Shown here one piece after another: positions 12,973-26,129 of a stretch of DNA of 64,000 nt (its first letter is position 1; every line of letters begins with the position of its first letter). The notes below the pieces were generated by a model that made no database searches, was not told the DNA's origin, and saw nothing but the letters and a program-made list of their open reading frames with translations. Origin of the DNA: Mustelus asterias (Eukaryota). Location: NCBI RefSeq assembly GCF_964213995.1, contig NC_135825.1, positions 12,772,001 through 12,836,000 on the forward strand, in the 5' to 3' direction. A program made the translations under genes and the position numbers.

Positions 12973-13079
12973 TGTGGAAGCCTGGCATGTGACCCTACCA
13001 ATAGTTATGGTGCTAATTATCCTACTGCTCAGCACCGCTCTTATTCTTTATGTGAAACTAAAGCAGCAGAAGAAAAACG
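12973..13079 (+). CDS. Gene 1: transmembrane exon (uncharged TM)
   Basis: Acceptor ttttacag|, donor G|gtgcgt, phase 2 to 1. Encodes SVEAWHVTLPIVMVLIILLLSTALILYVKLKQQKKN: hydrophobic helix followed by a basic stop-transfer cluster. Confidence 0.88.
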
Positions 13080-13454
13080 GTGCGTTCTGTTCAAGTCAAA
13101 ATGTAAAAATTATCAGCAAACATTTTTAATGTAACTGTGGAAATTAATTTGCATTTATTTATTCAGCGCTTTCCGGGAACTCTGGATGCCCCTGAATCAC
13201 TTAACAGCCAATTAAATATTTTGAAGTGCAGTTACTGTCATGACGTCAGAACTGCATCTAATTTGCGCACAGCAAGATCCCACACACTACAAAGAGGGAG
13301 AGGCGATGGCCCAGTGGCATTATCGCTAAATCAATGGATTCTGTAATCCAACAGGACATGCTGATCATGTGATAAGGAACCTAAATCCAAAATCTATCCT
13401 TCAGAAGAAAAAGATCTCCATAGAACATACAATAAACTGGCTTCATGTAGTTAT

Positions 13455-13807
13455 GATGTGGAGATGCCGGCGTTGGACTGGGGGAGGAACACAGTAAGAA
13501 GTTTAACAACACCAGGTTAAAGTCCAACAGGTTTATTTGGTAGCAAAAGCCACACAAGCTTTCGAAGCTCTAAGCCCCTTCTTCAGGTGAGTGGGAATTC
13601 TGTTCACAAACAGAGCTTATAAAGACACAGACTCAATTTACATGAATTACACCTCAATTTTCATGTAAATTGAGTCTGTGTCTTTATAAGCTCTGTTTGT
13701 GAACAGAATTCCCACTCACCTGAAGAAGGGGCTTAGAGCTCCGAAAGCTTGTGTGGCTTTTGCTACCAAATAAACCTGTTGGACTTTAACCTGGTGTTGT
13801 TAAACTT
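13455..13807. mobile_element. PLE inverted-terminus insertion with 14-bp TSD
   Basis: About 150-bp inverted arms; TSD CTTCATGTAGTTAT at 13441-13454 and 13808-13821. Confidence 0.85.
13717..13753 (+). ncRNA. Minimal hammerhead ribozyme motif (PLE-borne)
   Basis: CAC-CUGAAGA-A-GGGGC(UUAGA)GCUCC-GAAA-GCUU-GUG; inverted copy at 13553-13589. Confidence 0.7.
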
Positions 13808-13854
13808 CTTCATGTAGTTATCCATAGAACATCTATCACATATCAGTTAAATTT

Positions 13855-14205
13855 CATAGAATCCCTCCAGGAGGCCATTCGCTTCATTGAGTCTGCACTG
13901 ACTCTGAGAGAGCACCATGCCCTGTCTCTCTCCCTCACCCTATTCCCATAACCCCACACATTTACCATGGCTAATCCATCCAACCTACATGTCTTGAGAC
14001 ACCAAGGGACAATTTATCATGGTCAATCCACCTAACCTGCACATCTTTGGACTGTGGGAGGAAATTGGAGCACCCGGAGGAAACCCACGCAGACACGGAG
14101 AGAATGTGCAAACTCCACGCAGACAGTCACCCAAGGGCAAGAATTGAACCCAGGACCCTGGGGCTATGAGGCAGCAGTGCTAACCCACTGTGCCACCGTG
14201 CCGTC
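13855..14205 (-). mobile_element. HE1-like V-SINE
   Basis: Head, V-core and tail on the minus strand. Confidence 0.88.
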
Positions 14206-14287
14206 CAATAAGTAGATAAAACCCACCAGGAACCTTTGCATGTTTGAACTCAGTAAAGTTCTGATTATAAACCGATATTTTGATTAT

Positions 14288-14520
14288 CATAGAGCCATAG
14301 AGGTTTACAGCGTGGAAACAAACCCTTCGGCCCAACTCGTCCATGCCGCCCTTTTTTTTAAACCCCTAAGCTAGTCCCAATTGCCCACATTTGGCCCATA
14401 TCCTTCTATACCCATCTTACCCATGTAACTGTCTAAACGCTTTTTAAAGGACAAAATTGTACCCGCCTCTACTGCTACCTCTGGCAGCTTTTTCCAGACA
14501 CTCACCACCCTCTGTGTGGT
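14288..14520 (-). mobile_element. CR1 3' fragment
   Basis: Same subfamily as 1-295. Confidence 0.78.
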
Positions 14521-15084
14521 GAGTGTCTGGAACATTATAATTATAATTTACAATTATTAATGGTAATTAAAATTATAATTTTACTTTACAGGCATTGGTG
14601 CGGAGAGCCCTGCAACCTGCAAGGTGAGATGAGGCCGCGTCAGGGTCACATGGTAGACCCAAAGAGACAATTGACAGTTCTGATTGGATAGATCCTGACA
14701 TGACATTCTGAGCACATGACACTCGGGTCACGTGACTCTGGTCACATGATGTCCAATCATGTGACAAATGCAAACGTGAATGAATTTACTTTATAAAGGT
14801 TTGGTCACCTGTGAGTTTGAACCAGGTGCTGATGTATAAGCAGATCGGAGAGCCAGCAAGTTACTCACGGGCAAGCAGAGAGAGGAAACATAGGACAGGG
14901 AAGGGTAGAAATTGAGAAGAAGGGTGAAATTCACAGAGGGGGAACTGGGTGGGAGGAGCTTTAGTTCCACCATTAACTAGAAATTACTCACTGGAATTGA
15001 CTGGTAACTAATAGTGTTACTGGGAACACTCAGACACCCTCGAGTAAGTGAAAGGAATTTGAATAACTCACTGATAGCTTTCTT

Positions 15085-15610
15085 TATTCCTTCATGGGGT
15101 GAGGGTCTCACTGGCTAGTCCAGCTTTTATTGCCCATCCTCATTTCCCTTGAGAAGGTGCTGGGGGGTGAGGTGCCTTCTTGAATGGCTGCAGTCAGTGT
15201 GGCGTAGTTACACCCACAGTACTGTTGGGGAGGAGTTCTAGGACTTTGACCCAATGACAATGGAAGGACAGTGATATACCTCCAAGTTAGGATGATGTGT
15301 GTCTTGGAGGGGAGCCTGCTGGTGGTGGTGGTATTCCCATGTATCTGCTGCTCTTGTATTTCTAGGGACTGAAGGTTGGTGCTGTCTAAGGAGCCTTGGT
15401 GAGATGCTGCAGTGAATCTTGTAGATGGTACACACGCTACACTGTGCATCAGTGGTAAAGGGAGTGAATGTTTAAGTTGGTGCATGGGTTCCAGTCAAGC
15501 GGACTGCTTTGTCCTGGGTGATGTTAACTTCTTGAGTGTTGTTGGAGCTGTATTCACCCAGGCAAGTGGAGACCATTCCTTCACACTCCTGACCTGTGCC
15601 ATGTAGATGA
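15085..15610 (-). mobile_element. Old LINE 3' fragment (recurrent family; also about 30150-30560, 37560-37745/40100-40330, 44340-44630, 57235-57640)
   Basis: Shared WNSLPN..VG.PT..GLQRFKKAAHHHLLKGN* C-terminus and GGGCAATAAATG tail. Confidence 0.7.
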
Positions 15611-15726
15611 TGTTCTCCAGTTGATGCCACTTTTAACAGACCTGCTCTCTCTCCCTATCTCCTTGGACTATGGTTCGGTCTCTGGTCCCCTGTCAAGGTG
15701 ACAACTCCTTTGGAATCCTCATTCAG

Positions 15727-15806
15727 AGCCGACCTGTATTCGCATTATGTCAAAACTGACTGACACAAATTCACCTGAAGCGAACCGAGAAATCACGCAA
15801 AGGGCA
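15727..15806 (+). CDS. Gene 1: candidate cytoplasmic exon
   Basis: Acceptor cctcattcag|, donor |gtaacc, phase 1 to 0, open (EPTCIRIMSKLTDTNSPEANREITQRA). It exactly bridges the TM exon (phase 1) and the last exon (phase 0). Confidence 0.6.
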
Positions 15807-16315
15807 GTAACCTTAGTGCTTGGCACAGTTCTCTGAAATGCCAAGGAGTCTCCTGGATTGAAGCTTGTGATAGTGCCCAGTCGATCCAAGTTTTGGGGCA
15901 ACTGCAGGATGGTCGCTGACCCAGACCCAGGATTGGTTGTAAATGTCCGGAATCATCAGGGAGCCAGTGTTGGGAATGAGAGAGAGCAATGAGAACCAAA
16001 TGGCATGAGTAGTGGGTGTGAGAGGTGGAAACTATCATTGGTTGATTAGAGCAGCCGAAGTCCAGGGAGGTAAGACATGCGGGGGCAAATGAGTCAGGGG
16101 GACCCAAGGTCAGGGCAAAAGGATTAGAACATAAGAACTAGGAGCAGGAGTAAACCCTTGAGCCTGCTCAGCCATTCAATAAGATCATGGCTGATCTTTT
16201 CAGCTCCACTTACCCGCCCACTTAACATAACCTTTAATTTCTTTATTGTTCAATTGATTGGAAGGTGCGAGAATCTTAGTGACTGTAAAACGGTTGGGAT
16301 TCCTAAAAGACACAA

Positions 16316-16509
16316 TATGGAGTTGTCGGCGTTAGACTGGGGTGGGCACAGTAAGTAGTCTCACAACACCAGGTTAAAGTCCAACAGGTTTATTTGGTAG
16401 CACGAGCTTTCGGAGCACTGCCCCTTCATCAGGTGAGTGCCTGATGAAGGGGCAGCGCTCCGAAAGCTCGTGCTACCAAATAAAGCTGTTGGACTTTAAC
16501 CTGGTGTTG
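16316..16509. mobile_element. PLE inverted-terminus insertion with 12-bp TSD and back-to-back hammerheads
   Basis: TSD TAAAAGACACAA (16304-16315 / 16510-16521). CUGAUGA-A-GGGGC(AGY)GCUCC-GAAA-GCUC-GUG on both strands (16401-16435 minus; 16441-16472 plus). Confidence 0.82.
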
Positions 16510-16527
16510 TAAAAGACACAACATTGT

Positions 16528-16846
16528 GGACGGCATGGTGGCACAGTGGTTAGCACTGCTGCCTCGCAGCGCCAGGGACCCGCGTTCAATTCCAACCTCG
16601 GGTCACTGTCTGTGCGGAGTTTATACATTCTCCCCGTGTCTCCAGGTGCTCCGGTTTCCTTCCACACAATCCCAAGATGTGCGGGTTAGGTTGATTGGCC
16701 ATGCTAAATAGCCCCTTAGTGTCAGGGGGTTTGGAGGGGTAAATACACGGGGTTACTGGGATAGGGCCTGGGTGGGATTGTTGTCAGTGTGTGCTCGATG
16801 GGCTGAATAGTCTCCTTCTGCACCGTTGTGATTCTATGATTCTATG
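16528..16846 (+). mobile_element. HE1-like V-SINE
   Basis: Full head, core and (ATTCTATG) tail. Confidence 0.88.
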
Positions 16847-16899
16847 CAACTTCCTTTTTCCCTTACTTTCTTACTTAATTCAGAACAATTCCAAAAAAT

Positions 16900-17420
16900 C
16901 ATGGCAGATCTCGGACTTCAAATCCCTTTCCCTGACTCTTCCCAAATCCCTTAATTCCCTGAGAGACCAAAAATTTGCCATTCACAGCCTTAAATTTGAT
17001 TAGTGATGGAGCATCCACGACTCTCTGGGATGGAGAATCCCAAAGATTCAAAACCATTTGAGTGAAAAAGTTTCTCTTCTCAGTGCTAAATGATCGGCCT
17101 TTCATCCTGAGATTGTGCCCCTGTGTTTTAGATTCCCCAACCAGCAGAAACAATCTCTTGAGTGCCCACCCTATCAAGCCCCTTCCCAATGTTGTAGTTT
17201 TCAATGGACTGGCCTCTCATCTAGAGGCACAACTTACTCAGCCCCTTATCATTGGACATCCCCCTCATTCCAGGGGCCAATGTAGTGAACCACTGCTGTC
17301 CTGCCTCCAATGCAAGTATATCCTTTCCTAAATGTGGAGGTGAAAAATGCGCACAGCACTCCAGATTCACCCTTTACAACAATAGCAAAACTTCTTCATT
17401 CGTGTCGTCCAAACCCCATG
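16900..17420 (-). mobile_element. Old CR1 fragment
   Basis: LF.LVGESKTQGHNLRMKG...NFFTQ..LNLWDS. Confidence 0.75.
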
Positions 17421-18553
17421 CTTAACCTTGATCCTTGATTCAAGTTCCTCAACGTAAAAAAGAACAACAGATCAGAAGAACAATGGACAACAACAGAACA
17501 TTTGCAGCCCTAATATTTATTAGTTGTGATAAAATGTGTGAGCAGAATTTAATGTCCTTTCCCATGGCAACCATGATGATGGAGGGAATCACGGGGGAGG
17601 CTGGGGTCCCCATTGCCTTCCCCACTTCACTTCCCCCTCCATCTCCCCCTCCCCCTTGATTGAGTCTGAGGCTGGAAAGCTTGGGAGCATTCTTCCTGTC
17701 TATAATAACCCCAGGAGTCGGCTGTGAAGGAGCCGTGCTTTTATTGCACAAAATGAAAATTAAAAATTACCGCAAGCCTGCGGTGAACACAACTGGGACT
17801 AAAAGGTTAATGGATCCTCTCAAGGTCTTGCTTTATGCAAGGCTTGGTATTCGAGCTCCACCTGGTTGGTTAATTATTATTCCCCAGGGAACTTGTATTC
17901 AATGAGACCAATGGGGAGGTTGATTAGTGACTCCCCACGCAGATCATGGAGGCTGTCCCACTGCTGATTGAGGCTCTTCTAGTAGTCATATCCTGCCACC
18001 CAGCGCCTAGTGGGGTGATTGCCATGCGGGGAATGTGACAAGCAAAACTGTGCAGGGCTGCGTGTGGGCTTGGGAAGGGGGGGCGCGGTGGTTGTTGTCC
18101 TTATTTAAAGGCACTCAGTGCCTGATGGAGGGGCCAGCTGAGAGTTACCCACCTATCCTTGATGCCCCTCCCCCCATGACCCCCGACCTACTCCTGCCAT
18201 CAGTCATCCATGTGCTGGGGTCCAGCTATTATACTTGGCCACAGGTGTAGGTCTTACCAATAACAGCCACCACTTCCCCAGTGCATAGCCATTCAATAGA
18301 GCTGCCAGCATCTGATTGGCTGGTAGCTCTCGGCAGATGGCACTTCCGCCCCTGGGGTCCTTGATCCCAGGGAAGGCTCTTCACCGTCCAGTTAAGTGCC
18401 TGACTGACACTTCATACAGCAGCAAAGAGGATTCTTGCTGGGTCAGCAGCAGATGGGAGAAACACCCTTTGCCTCCATCAAATACCCGCTATGAGTTTGG
18501 TTAACATTGTGCATAACTGTGGTGACAGTTTTCCCTTGTCTCAATTTCCTCAG

Positions 18554-18706
18554 GAAAATCAAGAGGTGACGTATTCCGCTGTGACCGTGGTACCCAGACC
18601 TGACTTGGAAAATACTTACCTTAATCTTCAGGATCTTACAGCTCAAAGAACAGCCAGAAACCAAGACTTTTCGGAAACTGTGGAATATTCTGCAATTCTT
18701 GTCTGA
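18554..18706 (+). CDS. Gene 1: terminal exon with ITIMs
   Basis: Acceptor tttcctcag|, phase 0. Encodes ENQEVTYSAVTVVPRPDLENTYLNLQDL...SETVEYSAILV*, with ITIM VTYSAV, a YLN motif and C-terminal ITIM-like VEYSAI. Confidence 0.9.
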   Translation, partial: ENQEVTYSAVTVVPRPDLENTYLNLQDLTAQRTARNQDFSETVEYSAILV

Positions 18707-19975
18707 TCATAATGAAATGAACCAACAAAGGAACCATGTTTGTGGTTTTTCTAGACATTTTTCGTACCAAAAAATGGCAGAGTGTTGATGCCGGCGGGAA
18801 AACTCATGCCTTTTTCTCCAGAGAATCACCCCGGTTTTACCTCCAGATCTTAGAACATTCTGCCTAAAATGAATCAAGGGGGTGTGTTTCACGCCGTCAT
18901 GCAGGGGAGCGGGACCTCAGCACGCCAGCAAAACCTGGCTGCACTGAGATTGGGGTGCTATCTTTATCGGGCACCCCAATCATAACAGGAATAAACCCCC
19001 CACCCCCACCAGCCCACCACAGAGATTTTAACGGCTCCCTTCCCTGCCCCCACATGGAGTCAGCACTTTTTTCACCCTCCCCCCCCCATCATCAACCCCT
19101 TCTCTACCCCCAGATCATTGGCCGCATCAACACCATAGTCAGGGTCGGCATCCCTCCCTACCCCCACTAACAGCCATCACCAGCATACCCTGCTCCTCAA
19201 TCTGCTCCTGCCCCACAACCAAATCTGAATGAACACCCCCCCCCCTTCACCACCCCCCATAAAACTCCCACTGGGGCCTGTCCCTTGGCACAAGTTGGCA
19301 CTGCCAGGTTGGTGTGGGCATGGTGCCAACCTGGCAATGACAATCTGTGACAAGAGGCACTGCCAAGGGGTACTGCCTGGCCATGTCCCTCTCCCCCCCG
19401 CAGTGTATTCACCTTTACACCCCCACGTCCGGGTGAGCCTGTTGTAAATGGTGCCGGTGTGACATCACACTGACATCCGCTGAGTATCCGCTGTGGGGGG
19501 CAGGGTGGATGTCCCAGAGAGAGTGCTCGCTAATGACATGCTAATGTACTTAAATGAGCTTTCCGTGGTCCCATGACATGTTTCACGCTACTCCGCTGGC
19601 GAGGGGCCGGTAAGATCAGAACTCGGAAACTCACTGCTGCGAATCGCGCTTTCCGGATTTTGAGTGTGCGCTGCCATCTTGCAGGCGGAGAGTGCGGGCT
19701 CAAAATCTCCCCTGAGACTGTTTTCTTTTGTTGCTGCAGTTTCCCTGTCTGTTCTAACAACACTTTACGTCCATTCTAAGTGTGGCACAAGAAGTGCAGT
19801 GGCCAACAAGGAGAAAGACACGAAGAGCAGGAAATGTACATGAGACACAGTGTCTGATTATACTATAGAGTGTAACATTGATTGTTGGAAATGGTTAGAT
19901 ACCAGTCTTGTTTCATTGATAGGTATAAATATGTGTGTAAGATGCATAATGATGTATACAGAGTTTGTGAACGCA

Positions 19976-19981
19976 AATAAA
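19976..19981 (+). terminator. Candidate polyadenylation signal of gene 1
   Basis: AATAAA in unique AT-rich sequence about 1.3 kb after the stop codon. Confidence 0.35.
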
Positions 19982-20539
19982 TCAAAAATATTCAGTGTAA
20001 ATTTGAAACTAGTTACTTAAGACACACAGCACTGATACACAGATATCTGTCTAATTTCATGCATATCATATGGGAGCATTCCAATAACATAAGCCTACTT
20101 TAATATTGACTCTTCTGCAATGTTAGACCATTGACTCCATAGAATCCCTACAGGAGGCCATTCAGCCCATCAAGTCTGCACCGAACACAATCCCACCCAG
20201 GCCCTATTCCTACAAGCCCATGCATTTACCCTAGTTAGTCCCCCTGACACTAAGGGTCAATTTAGCGTGGCCAATCAACCTAACCTGCACATCTTTGCAC
20301 TGTGGGAGGAAACCGGATGATCAACTCACTCCATTTCTCAGTGAATTTATATATCTGATATATCCATGGAGTATTGTTCTAAATAGAATTTTAAAAACTT
20401 GTATTTATACAGAACCTTTCACGGCCTCAGAATGTCCTGAAGCATTTTACATGCAATGTAGTAGTTTTGAAGTATAGAAATATAGTGATTGATTGTCAAT
20501 TACTTATCCTTCGAGACAGCTTACACTTAAGTAGTAAAA

Positions 20540-20900
20540 CAGACAGACACATACTAGTATACACAGATACACAAATACACACAAACAAACAGACACACAC
20601 GCACAAATACACACACACACACACAACTAATATACACAGTCACACACACAAATATACACACACACACTCACCTTAATATACAGTCACACACACACAAATA
20701 TACACACACACATGCACACACTAATATACACAGTCACACACAAATATACACAAAAAGAAAGACAGACACACACAAACAAATATATCCGTGCACACACACA
20801 CACAAATATACACAAACACACACACAGATATACATAAACACACAGGCAGACACAAATATACATACACACCATATAGATAGACACACACACAAATGTATAC
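20540..20900. repeat. Degenerate (CA)n-rich simple repeat
   Basis: Visible CA/TA runs. Confidence 0.9.
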
Positions 20901-20945
20901 CCCCTTCTTCCCCCGATCATTGGCCACTTCCTCCCCCACCCCCCA

Positions 20946-21705
20946 GCAAAATACTGCAGATGCTGGAACAAGATCAGAGGATGCTGGCAGCATCTGGAGG
21001 GGGAGAAAACAGAGTTAATGTTTGAAGTCCATTTGACTCTTCAGCAGAGCTAAACGAGAGGAAAACATCAGGGATATAACATTGTGTAGGAGGGGGTGGG
21101 ACAGCTGGAACAGTGATTAGTGAGAACTGGGAGTGATTGCAACAACGATGTAGCAAAATTAAAAACTAATAGCTAAAGGCCCAATGGGAGGACAGAGAGG
21201 AAGGGAAAGGTTTTGCATTGAGAGAAAAAAATGTATAGGCTATAAAAAGGGGGGTTAAGACGGAGGAGAAAGATCACAGTCTAAAGTTGTTGAACACAAT
21301 GTTGAACAACTTTAGACCTTGAGCACTCTCCCACATCTTAATCCCCTTTCTTATATCCCATATATTTCTTTTAGCTCAATGCAAAAACCCTCGCTTCCCC
21401 ACTTTCACCACTGGGTCATTTGTCATTTGCTTTTAGATTTGCCAAATTTTTGTTGAAATCTCTTCTAGCCTTCACTAATCACTGCTCCAGTTGTCCCAGC
21501 CTTCATATACAGAATAATCTCAAGCCCATTCTCCCTCTCCTTTAGTTCTGAAGAAGAGACAGGCAGACTTGAAACGTTCACTCTGTTTTCTCTCCCTACG
21601 GATGCTGTCAGACATGCTGGGTGAGTTCTCCAGCCTCCCAGCCGCTTGTTTCCCACCAGAGAATTCCGGCCCCTGATCTTTTCCAACATTCTCTGCTTTT
21701 TGTCA
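20946..21705. mobile_element. Older PLE family, inverted pair with degenerate hammerheads
   Basis: Arms are diverged reverse complements around ctaaagttgtt...aacaactttag (about 21280-21316). CUGAAGA...GAAACGUU at about 21548-21580 and a degenerate inverted copy at about 21012-21050. Confidence 0.6.
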
Positions 21706-22954
21706 CTTGATAGCAATTCCCTGTAAGTGAGAAAACCTAACAGAGTGAAGGACTGTCACTAACGTCGAGATCACCTGAAAACCAACTTCATAGAAATTCA
21801 ACGACCAGCCTGCTAAGAATCCTTCCCCTAACAAGAACCTCGATCCAACTTTAAACCATCCCCTTCATCTCAGAAAATACAGCATGGGCCTGCCATGAAA
21901 TAGATAATTATAAGCTGTGACCGTATATTCCCTTCATCTCTGTCTCATCTGTGTGTGTGAGGGAGAGTGTGTGAGAGAGGAGTGAGCGAAAGATTGCATT
22001 ATTTTGGGGGTAAATGTGTGAGAATAAACAGCCTTCTTTGTTTTTTAACTTCACAAAAGCTTGCTGCTAAAATTATTTAATCTGGGTAAGCACATACTCA
22101 TAGATACAAATTTAAAACAGAGTTGAGGAGAAACTATTTCTCTCAAAGGGTTGTGAATCTGTAGAATTCGCTACCCCAAAGTGCGGTGGGTGCTGGGACA
22201 GTGAGTAAATTTGAGGAGGAGTTAGACAGATTTTTAATTGGTAATGGGTTGAAGGGTTATGGGGAGAAAGCAGGAAAATGGGGATGAGGAGTATATCAGC
22301 TTTGATCAAATGGCGGAACGAACACGATGGGCTGAATGGCCTAATTCTGCTCCTATGACAGAATCTCATCCTACGTCTCTCCAAGGAGAATCTTATGGAT
22401 TTATGGATCTTATGGATTTATGAACTATACAGACATCCTGATCATGGACAGTTAAGGGAACACATACATTTTGTACATGACAACTGATTGGGCCTTGGGT
22501 AAATACCTCACCAAAAATATATAATTGCACTTTCATGCTGACTACAGATGAAGGAAGTGCACGGTAATTTGAAACAAGCTTAGCAACATGTCTCCTTAAA
22601 CGCTGTCGGCAGACTTTACCAGTCATTCACGGTGGGATTCTCTGGTCCTGCTGCGGTGAACGGAGATTTGGCTGAGTGCCAAGTTCTCCATCCTCGCTGG
22701 CAGCGGCAGTGGGACGTGAGCGGCTGGAAAATTCCAGCCTCTACGTTATCCCTTGGGCTAAAATAATGGACGTTCCTCTGTGTACCAAGACTGCCCATAG
22801 CACTCTGAGGCTATCTGTCAAGATATGTACGGCTGGAACGCAGGAGAAATACATTGATAAACTTTGCCCCTCACTTACTGGGAAAGCACATACAACGTAG
22901 TCAGTCCATCTCCTCAGTCACTCCAGTAAGACAATTTGCCAAGCTGGGAAACAA

Positions 22955-24480
22955 TAACATAGAAACATAGAAAAACTACAGCACAAAAACAGGCCCTTCG
23001 GCCCCACAAGTTGTGCCGAACATATCCCTACCTTCGAGGCCTCCCTATAACCCTCCATCCTATTAAGTCCCATGTACTCATCCAGGAGTCTCTTAAAAGT
23101 CCCTATTGAGTTTGCCTCCACCACCACTGACGGCAGCCGATTCCACTCGCCCACCACCCTCTGTGTGAAAAACTTCCCCCTAACATTTCCCCTGTACCTA
23201 CCCCCCAGCACCTTAAACCTGTGTCCTCTCGTAGCAGCCATTTCCACCCTGGGAAAAAGCCTCTGAGAGTCCACCCGATCTATGCCTCTCAACATCTTAC
23301 ATACCTCTATTAGGTCTCCTCTCATCCTACGTCTCTCCAAGGAGAAAAGACCGAGCTCCCTCAGCCTATCCTCATAAGGCATGCCACTCAATCCAGGCAA
23401 CATCCTTGTAAATCTCCTCTGCACCCTTTCAATCTTTTCCACATCTTTCCTGTAATGAGGCGACCAGAACTGAGCACAGTACTCCAAGTGGGGGCTGACA
23501 AGGGTCTTACATAGCTGCATCATTATCCCCGGACTCCTAAACTCAATCCCTCGATTGATAAAGGCCAGCACACCTTACGCCTTCTTAATCACCTCCTCCA
23601 CCTGCAGGGCCGATTTTAGAGTCCTATGGGCCCGGACCCCAAAGTCCTTCTGATCCTATACAGCACTAAGAGTCTTTCCCTTTATATTGTACTCCTTCAT
23701 CCCATTTGACCTGCCAAAATGGACCAATACGCATTTATCTGGGTTGAAGTCTATCTGCCACTTCACCGCTCAGTCTTGCATCCTATCTATGTCCCTCTGT
23801 AACTTCTGACATCCCTCCAGACTAACCACAACCCCACCAACCTTCGTGTCATCGGCAAACTTACCAACCTATCCCTCCACTTCCTCATCTAGGTCATTTA
23901 TGAAAATGACAAACAGCAAGGGTCCCAGAACAGATCCCTGGGGCACACTACTGGTGACCGACCTCCATTTAGAAAAAGACCCATCTATACCCACTCTCTG
24001 CTTCCTTTGGGCAAGCCAGTTCTGGATCCACAGGGCAGCAGCCCCTTGGATCCCATGCCCTCTCACTTTTTCTAGAAGCCTTGCATGGGAGACCTTATCG
24101 AACGCCTTGCTAAAATCCATATAAACCACATCTACCACTTTCCCTTCGTCAATGTGTTTACTCACATTTTCGAAGAACTCCACCAGGCTCATAAGGCACG
24201 ATCTGCCTTTGACAAAGCCATGCTGAGTATTCTTGAGCATACTACACCTCTCTAAATGCTCATAAATCTTGTCCCTCAGGATCTTCTCCATCAGCTTACC
24301 AACCATTGAGGTTAGACTCACCGGTCGGTAATTTCCTGGGCTATCCCTATTCCCCTTCTTGAAAATAGGAACCACATCCGCAATCCTCCAATCCTCTGGC
24401 ACGTCTCCATCGACGACGCAAAGATCATCACCAGAGGCTCTGCAACCTCTTCCCTCGCCTCCCACAGTAACCTGGGGATA
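22955..24480 (-). mobile_element. CR1 ORF2 fragment
   Basis: ORFs 23869-24465 and 22918-23571 with RT motifs; (CATAGAAA) tail. Confidence 0.95.
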
Positions 24481-24732
24481 ACATGGAATAATACCCTACC
24501 AGCTGGCACTATACCATGCCCATATGCCAACATGCGGCACCAGCCACATATAATTGTAAATATCTTGCAACTTGCAATTACACTTGGGCACTCAAAAATA
24601 ATTCATAGTATTATCCCAGTTTACAATGGTAGGCTTGTCTAAGTTAATGAATTATTTTTCTTGCCCCAGTAACATCTGGTAGAGTTTGCAATGGGCTTTG
24701 CAGGATTATATAATCCTGCCAACTAGTCAAAT

Positions 24733-25285
24733 AACAAAGAACAAAGAAAATTACAACACAGGAACAGGCCCTTCGGCCCTCCAAGCCTGCACTGACCATG
24801 CTGCCCGACTGAACTAAAACCCCTTATGCTTCCGGGGACCATAACCCTCTATTCTCAACCTATTCATGCATTTGCCAAGACACCCCTTAAAAGTTACTAT
24901 TGTATCTGCTTCCACTACCTCCCCAGCAGCGGTTTTGGCACCCACCACACTCTGTGTAAAAAACTTGCCTCGTACATCTCCTTTAAACCTTGCCCCTCGC
25001 ACCTTAAACCTATGCCCCATGGTATTGACTCTTCCACCCTGGGAAAAAGCTTCTGACTATCCATTCTGTCCATGCCCCTCTGTCTCATAATCTTGTAGAC
25101 TCCTATCAGGTCACCCCTCAACCTCTGTCGTTCCAGTGAGAACAACGTTTCTCCAACCTCTCCTCACAGCTAATGCCCTCCATACCAGGCAACATCCTGA
25201 TAAATCATTTCTGTCCCCTCTCCAAAGCCTCCACATCCTTCTGCTAGTGTGGCGACCAGAATTGAACACTATATTCCAAGTGTGA
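24733..25285 (-). mobile_element. CR1 3' fragment
   Basis: FSLERQRLRGDLI; GHRFKVRG..FFTQ. Confidence 0.88.
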
Positions 25286-25589
25286 AAAGACCAAGTTCAG
25301 AAGCAATCTATTTATTTAACATCAAACAGGCCATTGGCAAAACAAATATATTTGTGAGACCATTGATCCAAAATTATTCTTAGTTTCTATTGATACGCAA
25401 ATAGCAATCTGAACCAGAATCTTTCCAGAAATGCACTGCAAGTTGGCTCAGGTGAGAGAAACAGTGTGAAGCTCGCAGGCTGCACAGCCAGTTTTCCCCG
25501 CCGTATTTAACAGCACTGTGAAACGTTCAACACTCTGTGAAATTTCAAAGGGGAAGAGAGATTCGCACAGTCAGCTGGAGGGGCGGAGC

Positions 25590-25882
25590 CCCTCCCGGCT
25601 TGGGTCACTGTCTGTGTGGAGTTTGCACATTCTCCTCGTGTCTGCGTGGGTTTCCTCCGGGTGCTCCGGTTTCCTCCCACACTCCAAAGATGTGCGGGTT
25701 GGGTTGATTGGCCATGCTAAAATTGCCCCTTAGTGTCCTGGGATGCGTAGGTTAGAGGGATTAGCGGGTAAAATATGTAGGGATATGGGGGTAGGGCCTG
25801 GGTGGGATTGTGGTCGGTGCAGACTCCATGGGCCGAATGGCCTCTTTCTGTACTGTACAGTTTCTATGATTCTATGATTCTA
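25590..25882 (+). mobile_element. HE1-like V-SINE, 5'-truncated
   Basis: V-core and tail. Confidence 0.85.
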
Positions 25883-26129
25883 AGCAAGCCAGCAACACCG
25901 GGAATCAATCCTATCATATGTTGGAGGGTGGACTCCATTGTAATGCTAAATTGCACAATGCTTATTGACACACAGAGAAAAACTTTAACAAGGCTGCTTT
26001 CCACGTGGAGTACCAGAGGAATTGGGTGGATTAAAAATTGACAAGATTCTTGTCAATTGTCTTCTACATCCTAATCACCGCAGCAATAAGCGTACAACAT
26101 GGCTGACCGATTTCGATAACATGCTAATT

